DNA of 64,000 nucleotides, from positions 288,001 through 352,000 of the forward strand of contig CBDCNQ010000005.1 of NCBI GenBank assembly GCA_965219445.1, read 5' to 3'. The notes beneath the pieces were generated by a model. That model saw only the letters and a program-made list of their open reading frames with translations, had not been told where the DNA came from and did no database searches. Position numbers and translations under genes: made by a program. How positions within the stretch are numbered: position 1 is the stretch's first letter; each line of letters begins with the position of its first letter. Positions 30,095 to 38,296 of this stretch are shown one piece after another. This DNA comes from Longimicrobiales bacterium (GTDB taxonomy: Bacteria; Gemmatimonadota; Gemmatimonadetes; Longimicrobiales; Gaopeijiaceae).

Positions 30095-31600
30095 TCACAT
30101 TATAGGCCCAACGATCTCCCTCGCCTCTCCCGTTAGCTCGACGATGTGCATGCCCGTATTCGCCCGATCCACGAGATAGATGTAACCACGATCATCGACC
30201 TCCACGTTATTTGTCTGGATAGCGACTTTACACCGGTCCTGGCCGGCTACAGTGATGCATCGCTCGGCGGTGTTTTCGTTGATGGCGGGGACGTAATAGC
30301 CAACCTCGACGGGGTTGTAGGGGTCGCGAATATCCACGACCCGCACGCCGGCATTGAACCACGTGACAAACAGGAGCTTACCGTAGTAGATGGGCGTGGA
30401 ATTCTCATGGGACCCATGGGCGCCGAAGCGCCCGCCGCGCTGGCAAAAGTCGCCGCTGGCTTCAGGAACGTTGAAGCTGGAGACGGGCCACGGGTGCGCT
30501 TCGTCCGTAATTTCCACCATGAACACCATCTGCCGCGCCTGGCCCGTGCATTCGTTTAGGGTTTGCTCGTTAACGACTGCGACGAAATCCTGCCGATCCA
30601 TAGCCTGATCGTTGGCAAACTCTTCGAGCTGCATATCGAGGATCGGCAAGGTCGTGTGGGCCCCCATGTAGTCCGGTAGCCTGAGCTGTCCGACCACGGG
30701 TGCGCTCAGCTCCTCTGCGGTCGGCTTGGCAGGATCCACGAGCGAATCATTGATGAGGATGTCGCGACCCAAGATCGTAAGCACGCCGCGCGCCGCCGTA
30801 CCGTGGCCGCAGTAGACGCAGTTTTTTTCCACCACCGAAACGCAGCCATGCAGCTCCATGCCATTGACATCTTGGCCCGAGGGGGCATCACTGGTCCCGC
30901 CGGGCTGCTGTCCGACCAGGCCGAAGTTGCGGATGAATTTCGGCTCCGAGGGATCGCGGAAGTCATAGATCTGCATCATACGATCTGTACTCCAGCCAGG
31001 GACGCCCGATACGACATAGGCGACGCCCGTCTCGCATTCCCACCAGGTTTTGTGGGTATCCGTGAGGCCGTCGACAACAAGACTCAGCAGTTCCGGCGCA
31101 GCAGGATCGGTCACATCGAAAACCTGATGGTAGGAGGCACCCGCTCGCAGTAGGTAGGCTCGGCCGGCTCGACCGTTCGGTAGCTCGTCGCCTGTGCAGA
31201 TTCGTACCATCTGGGCCCCTGAGCTGCCCTCGATGGGTGGGATGTGGTGAAGATAGACCGGATTCCCCGGGTCTGTGACGTCGACGAGCGACGTCCCGTT
31301 CTGTTCGACGTCACCTGTCAACGTATTCAGAGATTCCCCGGCATGATGTCCGACATAAGCGATCCATCGTTCTTCCCCGGCGACGATCTGTCGCTTGATC
31401 TCAGGTTGATAGGCCGTCCGGGCCTGAAGCGCGTCGTGACCGAGCAGGCGCACGTTATCGCTCTGGGCTCCATTCGGGCCGTCAGGCCAGACCGGACTGG
31501 CCCAGAGATTCTGTTGGCTGACCGCCGCTAGGCTCCAGGCGCCTAACGCGATCATCAGGAAGAGAGGACGGAGAAGTCTCGGGTGGTGTGATGGCTGCAT
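30095..31600 (-). CDS. LVIVD-repeat-like secreted beta-propeller protein
   Basis: LVDVTDPGNP, FDVTDP, GRFGAH, VVDIRDPYNPVEVGYY and NNVEVDDRGYIY. Confidence 0.75.
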   Translation of the reverse strand: MQPSHHPRLLRPLFLMIALGAWSLAAVSQQNLWASPVWPDGPNGAQSDNVRLLGHDALQARTAYQPEIKRQIVAGEERWIAYVGHHAGESLNTLTGDVEQNGTSLVDVTDPGNPVYLHHIPPIEGSSGAQMVRICTGDELPNGRAGRAYLLRAGASYHQVFDVTDPAAPELLSLVVDGLTDTHKTWWECETGVAYVVSGVPGWSTDRMMQIYDFRDPSEPKFIRNFGLVGQQPGGTSDAPSGQDVNGMELHGCVSVVEKNCVYCGHGTAARGVLTILGRDILINDSLVDPAKPTAEELSAPVVGQLRLPDYMGAHTTLPILDMQLEEFANDQAMDRQDFVAVVNEQTLNECTGQARQMVFMVEITDEAHPWPVSSFNVPEASGDFCQRGGRFGAHGSHENSTPIYYGKLLFVTWFNAGVRVVDIRDPYNPVEVGYYVPAINENTAERCITVAGQDRCKVAIQTNNVEVDDRGYIYLVDRANTGMHIVELTGEAREIVGPIM

Positions 31601-31772
31601 GGGCTCCCTCCTGGAAGGGGCGCACAGGCTCGGAATCGTTGACCCGAATAAGGATAGGCGATTCAGGAACTAGCGCAAAAGGGCTGAGCTCGCACCGCAC
31701 CGCCGTCGCGGTTACAGAGCTTGTCGCGGAGTACCGGTTGGCGAAACGCCGAACCGCGGTCCCGACTCCACC

Positions 31773-32135
31773 CTAGCGAGCTACCACGCGGAACGACCAC
31801 CAATGATCCGGACGTGGTGTGCCTACAGGTACTGCCGGGTTTATGGGTGAACTGTGAACCTGCAGCTTGTCTACCCTCGCTTCCCAGGCACGATCTAGTT
31901 CGTTTGGATTCAGTACCCGGATAGCAGTTACAGGGTATACAGTCCCGTCCAGTCGCATTCTAGCACTGCTATTGTCAAGCACTGCACTGGCCCACCGCTT
32001 GGCATCGCACTGGCCACAGCTGAGATAGAGTTCTCCGGTGCTCGTTGCCATACAGTTAAGGTTGATCGAGTAAGGCAGCAGGCCGGCGCTGACTTGAATC
32101 TGACATAGAGGGACATCTGGAGAATCGCACCACGA
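31773..32135 (-). pseudogene. 5'-truncated hypothetical gene fragment (lower GC)
   Basis: Frame DVPLCQIQVSAGLLPYSINLNCMAT...WWSFRVVAR is open, but has an upstream in-frame TAG and no clear start. Confidence 0.45.
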
Positions 32136-32329
32136 TACCTACTTGTCAGCGATTTGCCTTGTTGTTCAGTCATGTCATGTCCCCAAGCAATATTGGAGGG
32201 GTCTCGGCCTCCGGGCCGGAGGCGCCCTGTGCGGCCTAACGTCTCACGATTCTGATCTTATAGATGCTGCGCGTAGATGCTGCGCGGCTAACATGCCCTC
32301 CGGGCGCGCAACGCGCGACCCTCACGGAT

Positions 32330-32454
32330 TGTCGGTAGAGGTTTCGGACGACGGACGGCAGGTCGCCGATCCAGGTGCGACCTGCCGCTCCCTCGCGGGC
32401 TATGGTAGAGGCTACGAATTCTGACGGGATGTTGAGTTCCGGCACGGATAGCAT
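32330..32454 (-). pseudogene. N-terminal fragment resembling APH(6)/hydroxyurea-resistance kinase family
   Basis: IPSEFVASTIAREGAAGRTWIGDLP, then unrelated sequence. Confidence 0.4.
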
Positions 32455-32594
32455 CAGGATGGTGTTTTGGTAGATCGGAGTCCGGAGCGGTGACTTCGTC
32501 TGAGATGCGAGCGTCGACGGTCAGGCGATCAGCTTGATTATCGTGGCGCTGTGCCGCTACACGAGCGCCAGTAGTCAAGCTTTGGGCCGCCGAC

Positions 32595-34214
32595 TCAGGA
32601 GCTCCGTAGCGTGTGAATTGCCCACCCCAGGTCGAGGCTCTCTCCGTTCCAATGCGGGGTGGTGGTCGCAGGACCCACGCGGATCCCCAGTGTGGCGTGC
32701 TTGGACTGGAGGGCAGCCACGGGGTCGGCAGGGAGGCGCGACGCCGCGGGCACATTTGGGAACAGCCGTCCGTCGGGCCAGGAGAAGCGGATCCCTCCGC
32801 GGGCAGCTCCGTCGTCCCCATTCTCAACCATCTCGACCGCGAATCCCTCTTCATGCACCGCCCGGTGATGGCGCCTACAAAGCAAGACGAGGTTGTCGAG
32901 CCGGGTCTCTCCGCCATCCGCCCAGTGCTTGATGTGATGCGCGTCACAGAAGCGCAGCCCGCAGCCTGGGAAGCGACAGCCTCCGTCCCTATGGTCGAGC
33001 GCCCTCCGGATGGCGGGGGGGACGGTCCGGGTCTTTCTGCCCACGTCGAGCACGGAACCGCTCTGTGTGCGTGTTATCTCGGTACGCGTCATCTCGGCTG
33101 TCATGTTGTGTGTCATAATGACGCGACTCGCGTCACAAGCGAGGCGCCTCGACGTTCCCGCGGGAACGCGTACGCCGTCCTCGAGCAGGGCACTGCCCAA
33201 CGTTGGCGGTGACGACGAGGGCAGCGGCGGCGGCCACGACTCCGACGACTCCGGCAACTCCGATGATCCCGATGGTCCCGATGACTCCGATGATCCCGCG
33301 AGTGCTTCGGCGTCCACGTGCACGACGACTTGAAAGCGATCAGCGCGGCCGATACTCTCGCCGTCGCATTCCAGCCCACCACTCTGTAGCGCTCGCTCGG
33401 CGAGGAGTCCGATGGCATCGGCCCGCATCTGCTCGGCGGTGAGTTCCGGATCCTTGCGAGATTCCGGATCCTCGCGAGCCTCCGGACGCCGGAACTTCCC
33501 GGACCGTCGGTAGAGGGCACCCCTCGCGGCCTCGAGCGCCCGCATCAATATGGCGCCCACCTCGGGATCCAACCGGCCCCGGAGCTCATACATCCCGTCC
33601 TCGTCCGGCCATAACGTGAGCGAGCGGGTTCGGTGACGCTCCCGCTCCTGCCATTGCTCCTCCAGCCGGTCCACCCGCCGCCACGCACGCACGAGCTTCT
33701 CAACGTGCGACGCTGTACCGTGGCGGGCGAAGTCCATCAACTCCTCTTCGTTCTCCGGTGTGGCCACGCGCGTGAGGGCTCGTGCCTTGGAGTATGACAG
33801 TTCTCCGCTCCGCATCCTCGCGCTCAAACCGGGTAGATGCTCGAGAGCGTGGGCCACGCGGACCTTCTCGCGTGCCGGTCCCATGGCGATGCCGGTGCGC
33901 CAGCTCAGCCAGTGGGCGCAGGTCTTGAAGCTGGCGTCCCAGCCCCCTCGCTGGTCGAACTCACGGATCAGCACCAGCAGACGGTACGTGGCGGCATGGA
34001 TGTGGGCGGCGAGTTCGGCGATCTCATCGCCCAGCCGCTCGAGTTCGGCACGTGGGAAGGGGGTGGGGGCGGGCAGTGGGGTGGGGGATTCGACCGTTGC
34101 GGCAGTAGCAACGACGGGCCACGTCTCGGTCCGCGACCGAGCTCGGTGTGTCGTCGTCGAAGTTGTCGCCAGCGCGGTGTGATCTCCAAGTACCGGTTGA
34201 GCGAAGTCGATCAT
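32595..34214 (-). CDS. DUF222 (13E12-repeat-like) protein with C-terminal HNH endonuclease
   Basis: LAAHIHAATYRLL..FD..GGW; RRLACDA; CRFPGC...DAHHIKHWADGG...NLVLLCRRHH...H; GGAGG RBS. Confidence 0.88.
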   Translation of the reverse strand: MIDFAQPVLGDHTALATTSTTTHRARSRTETWPVVATAATVESPTPLPAPTPFPRAELERLGDEIAELAAHIHAATYRLLVLIREFDQRGGWDASFKTCAHWLSWRTGIAMGPAREKVRVAHALEHLPGLSARMRSGELSYSKARALTRVATPENEEELMDFARHGTASHVEKLVRAWRRVDRLEEQWQERERHRTRSLTLWPDEDGMYELRGRLDPEVGAILMRALEAARGALYRRSGKFRRPEAREDPESRKDPELTAEQMRADAIGLLAERALQSGGLECDGESIGRADRFQVVVHVDAEALAGSSESSGPSGSSELPESSESWPPPLPSSSPPTLGSALLEDGVRVPAGTSRRLACDASRVIMTHNMTAEMTRTEITRTQSGSVLDVGRKTRTVPPAIRRALDHRDGGCRFPGCGLRFCDAHHIKHWADGGETRLDNLVLLCRRHHRAVHEEGFAVEMVENGDDGAARGGIRFSWPDGRLFPNVPAASRLPADPVAALQSKHATLGIRVGPATTTPHWNGESLDLGWAIHTLRSS

Positions 34215-34582
34215 GCGGGGAGCCTCCAGGAGGGGGGAGCGGGTTATAGGGAATAGCTACCTTCCAGACGAATGACTCCCATAAATCTAACGGCGGTTTT
34301 TCGAGGCTCTGGCTGGCTTCTGGGCGGGCGTGGACGGGATTCGAGGCTTTCCGAAGGGTCCGGGGTTCGCCCTCGGCGGTCACGTCACAAGCCAGGTGTG
34401 CTCAGGGGGGGGGCCGGGGCAGGATCCCGGATCTCGGGAAAGGTGCCTGCTCGAACCTGTCAATGTCTGGATGGGACAGATTTCCCGATTGCTTGCAGCG
34501 GCGGACCATACGGGCGCATGTTGTCCGCTATATCGGATATATCGGACCCTGTCACCCGTTCACAGGCAGTGGAGCCGTACCA

Positions 34583-37228
34583 ATGACCGACGCCACCGTG
34601 GATCGCCTCAACACAGCCCTAGAAGGCCGCTACGCCATCGAGCGAAAACTGGGTGAAGGCGGCATGGCCGCGGTCTACCTGGCCGACGATCTCAAGCACG
34701 AGCGCAAAGTCGCGCTGAAGGTCTTGAAGCCCGATCTGGCTGCGGTCGTTGGGGCCGAGCGGTTCCTGGCTGAGATCAAGGTCACGGCGAACCTCCAGCA
34801 TCCACACATCCTGCCGCTCCACGATTCAGGCGAAGCGGATGGCTTCCTGTTCTACGTGATGCCCTACGTAGAAGGCGAGACCCTCCGCGACCGCATCGAC
34901 CGAGAGAAGCAGCTTCCTGTTGACGAAGCTGTCCGCATAGCGACGGCGGTGGCGGGTGCCCTCCAGACTGCTCACGAGCACGGCATCATCCATCGTGACA
35001 TCAAACCGGCCAACATCCTGTTGAGCCGAGGTGAGCCGTTGATCGCCGACTTCGGGATCGCTCTGGCTGTCGGTGCGGCAGGAGGTAGTCGGCTCACGGA
35101 GACGGGCCTGAGTATGGGCACTCCGTATTACATGAGCCCTGAACAGGCGACCGGTGACCAACACGTCGGCCCTTCGACCGATACGTACGCACTGGGCGCA
35201 GTGTTGTACGAGATGCTGACGGGCGACCCACCGTATATGGGGAGCACAGCGCAGGCGGTGCTGGGTCAGATCATCGCGGGCGAGGCTGTGTCCGCCACGA
35301 AGAAGCGTGGCTCGGTACCTGCGAACGTGGATGCGGCTCTCCGTTGTGCCCTGGAGAAGCTACCCGCTGACCGATTCCGGAGCGCGAGCGGCTTCGCTGA
35401 AGCGCTGACGAATCCGGGCTTTAGGACGAGCTCCGCTACGCGACCGGATACAGCTCGGTCGGGCACTCCGCGCCGCGTGGCCTCAGTCGGAGCTGCACTC
35501 CTCACGCTCGGAGTCGGATTCGTCGTGGGTCGGACATTCGGTGAGAGCGACAACTCGGTGACTAAGCTGATGATTCCTACCTCCCCGCAGCTGCGCGTCG
35601 GTTTTGGTCCGGCGGTGGCGGTCTCGCCCGACGGCTCAGAGTTCGTGTATGTCGGAGTCGAGGGGGGTGGCATCGCCGCGGACATGAACCGTGCCAACCC
35701 CGATAGGAGGCTCTTTCGTCGTCGGCTCGCCGATCTCGAGATTTCGGCGATTCCGGGTACGGAACGAGCGTACGAACCGACCTTCTCGCCCGATGGCGAC
35801 TGGGTCGCGTTCGTGGCTGATGGCAGGCTCTGGAGGGTAAGCCTCGACGGGAATCGTCGTATTGAGATCGCTGATGTCTCTGCCGCCGAGATGCGGGGGA
35901 TCAGCTGGAGCAGCACGGACGAAATCTTCTACGTCCCGGCCGGCACGGCCGGGCTCATGAAAGTCTCAGCAGCGGGGGGTACGCCGGAGGTGGTGATTCC
36001 GTTGGATACCGTGGGCCTGAGGTGGCCCAACGTCCTCCCGAGTGGGGACGCAGTCATGGTGACCATCTGGAACGGGAGCGTGGAGAACGCCGAGCTAGGA
36101 GTGGTCGATGTGGCCTCGCAGCGTCTCATACCGTTGGGTGAGCGAGGGATGGGGTCCGTCTACGCCGAGTCGGGGCATGTCGTCTACGTGCGTGCGGACC
36201 GAACGTTGCTCGCCGCCCCCTTCGACCTTCGAACCCGTACCATCACCGGGGCACCCGAGCCCCTCGAGGATAGCGTCTCCATTTACCCCGGTGGTGCGTC
36301 GCACTTCGCGCTCTCCCGCCAGGGAACGCTCGTGTATTGGCGGCTTCATCTGCCGCTACGATCCCTCTTGCTCGTCGACCGGGGAGGCTTGGTGGTGCGA
36401 ACGATCGGCACGGACACGCGCTTTGACACAGGTCGACCAGCGATTTCCCCGGATGGAGCCCGGTACCTGGTTCCCCTCGTGGGCGCGGTCAGCAACGCAG
36501 ACATCTGGGTGGGCGATCTGACCCAGGAGAATCTACGCCCCTTCGAGGAACAGGGAGATGTCAACTCCGGCATTTGGCTGGGAAACGATTCGATCGCGTT
36601 CCTTTCCGATAGGGCCGGTTCACCAGACTGGTTCGTTGGTGCCGTTGACGACCGGAGTCCCGCCACTCAGCTCTTTGCAGACGATATCGACCAGTGGGGT
36701 GGCACCTGGGTGCCCTCAGCCCGAACTCTGGTTTTCGGCGAAACACGAATAAGCTCCGGTTACGACATTTCGGGATTCCAGCTCGGGTCGGACTCTCCAT
36801 TCACCCTGCTTGACGGGGCAGGAATCGACGAGTGGCAACCTCGTGTTTCGGCCGACGGCGCATGGCTGGTCTATGCGTCGGATGAAATCAACGGCCGGAG
36901 CGAGATCTTCGTCCAGCGGTTCCCCGATCTCACTGGCAAACGGCGCGTTTCGACCGGCGGGGGAGACGCGCCGACATGGTGTCCGCAGCGGAAGGAGTTG
37001 TTCTACGTAATCGCTGACAGCCTAGTCTCTGTGACATACGACGACGCCGAGGAATTCGACATCTTGGACCGGACGGTCCTGTTCACTTCTGACCTCGTGA
37101 GAAACACCTACGACGTTCATCCCGACTGTGAGACCTTCATCATGTTGAGAGATGACGAGGAGGAGCGGCGCGACATTGTAGTCGTCCAGAACTTCTTCGA
37201 GGAGCTTCGCCAGCGGGTGGGGAATTAA
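34583..37228 (+). CDS. Hanks-type Ser/Thr kinase with TM helix and TolB/PD40-like beta-propeller
   Basis: GEGGM, VALK, HRDIKPAN, DFG and GTPYYMSPE; SPDG repeats; ends QNFFEELR. Start at ATG 34583 after GGAG. Confidence 0.93.
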   Translation: MTDATVDRLNTALEGRYAIERKLGEGGMAAVYLADDLKHERKVALKVLKPDLAAVVGAERFLAEIKVTANLQHPHILPLHDSGEADGFLFYVMPYVEGETLRDRIDREKQLPVDEAVRIATAVAGALQTAHEHGIIHRDIKPANILLSRGEPLIADFGIALAVGAAGGSRLTETGLSMGTPYYMSPEQATGDQHVGPSTDTYALGAVLYEMLTGDPPYMGSTAQAVLGQIIAGEAVSATKKRGSVPANVDAALRCALEKLPADRFRSASGFAEALTNPGFRTSSATRPDTARSGTPRRVASVGAALLTLGVGFVVGRTFGESDNSVTKLMIPTSPQLRVGFGPAVAVSPDGSEFVYVGVEGGGIAADMNRANPDRRLFRRRLADLEISAIPGTERAYEPTFSPDGDWVAFVADGRLWRVSLDGNRRIEIADVSAAEMRGISWSSTDEIFYVPAGTAGLMKVSAAGGTPEVVIPLDTVGLRWPNVLPSGDAVMVTIWNGSVENAELGVVDVASQRLIPLGERGMGSVYAESGHVVYVRADRTLLAAPFDLRTRTITGAPEPLEDSVSIYPGGASHFALSRQGTLVYWRLHLPLRSLLLVDRGGLVVRTIGTDTRFDTGRPAISPDGARYLVPLVGAVSNADIWVGDLTQENLRPFEEQGDVNSGIWLGNDSIAFLSDRAGSPDWFVGAVDDRSPATQLFADDIDQWGGTWVPSARTLVFGETRISSGYDISGFQLGSDSPFTLLDGAGIDEWQPRVSADGAWLVYASDEINGRSEIFVQRFPDLTGKRRVSTGGGDAPTWCPQRKELFYVIADSLVSVTYDDAEEFDILDRTVLFTSDLVRNTYDVHPDCETFIMLRDDEEERRDIVVVQNFFEELRQRVGN

Positions 37229-37273
37229 TGCGGCTCAAGAGGGGAAACCGCCACAAGAGGGTGGATCTCAGGG

Positions 37274-38173
37274 ATGGATGACGAAAAAACAATCATCACC
37301 CGGAAATCGGTGCTCGAGGACGAGGGGCTCGACAAAAGTCATGCCTCCTTGATCGTCCTAAAGGGCGCGGAGATCGGCCGGGACTTTCGTCTGCGAAAGA
37401 ACACTATGGTCATCGGGCGCAGTACGACGGCCGATATCTGTCTACCGGATGACAAAGCATCCAGAGAGCATGCTCGCATCGATTATCAAGGGACGGGTAA
37501 AGACCAGCGAGCGATCTTCACCCTCACCGATATGGGGAGCACGAATCACACCTTCGTTGATTCAAAACAGGTGGAATCCGTCCAGCTTCAAGATGGAGAC
37601 AAGATTCAGATCGGTGACTCGGTATTGAAATTCGTTGTCCTCGACAACATCGAAGCCAGATTTCACGCAGATGTCCGCGACCTGATTTCCTACGATCAGC
37701 TCACAGGCTTGTTGACGAAGGAATCCCTCTACTTGGCCTTTGATAGAGAGCTGAAACGGTGCCTGCGCTACGGCCTTCCCCTTGGGGTTTTGATGATGGA
37801 CCTGGATTTCTTCAAATCAGTAAACGACGGGCATGGCCATCTGATGGGGAGCCATGTGCTGGCTGAAGTCGGGCGTCTCATCCAACAATCCATCCGTATC
37901 GCCGATGTTTCCGCACGCTACGGGGGAGAGGAATTCCTCAGTTATTTGGCGGAGACCGATACTGCGGGAGTCGAACTCGCCGGAGAACGCATTCGAAGCG
38001 AAATCGAGGCCTTCCCCTTCGTCTTGGATGACGTAAGCATTCACGTCACCATCAGCATCGGCATTGCTGTGGCCCCGAGGCACGGGGAGAATATCAAAAC
38101 CCTCGTGGCTGCGGCCGATCAAGCACTCTATCGTGCAAAGGAAACCGGACGGAACCGGGTGTGCATCGCATAA
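37274..38173 (+). CDS. FHA-domain diguanylate cyclase
   Basis: FHA motifs IGR, SREH and STN; DLDFFK..ND..GH; RIAD I-site; RYGGEEF. Confidence 0.9.
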   Translation: MDDEKTIITRKSVLEDEGLDKSHASLIVLKGAEIGRDFRLRKNTMVIGRSTTADICLPDDKASREHARIDYQGTGKDQRAIFTLTDMGSTNHTFVDSKQVESVQLQDGDKIQIGDSVLKFVVLDNIEARFHADVRDLISYDQLTGLLTKESLYLAFDRELKRCLRYGLPLGVLMMDLDFFKSVNDGHGHLMGSHVLAEVGRLIQQSIRIADVSARYGGEEFLSYLAETDTAGVELAGERIRSEIEAFPFVLDDVSIHVTISIGIAVAPRHGENIKTLVAAADQALYRAKETGRNRVCIA

Positions 38174-38296
38174 CCCGAGAAGTTCGCGGGCACGCCATTC
38201 CTCTCGATGGGGATGCGAAGACGCTTGCAGCCTCACACGTCTTGGACGAATGTTTCAGCTGGTATCTAGAAGAGAAATCGCACCCGCCGACAGCCT

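Noticed and set aside
34463..34582. N-terminal extensions given by the ORF track (also 7137, 19235, 24032, 30098, 45195)
   Set aside because: Downstream starts fit the RBS, signal peptide or paralog N-termini better.
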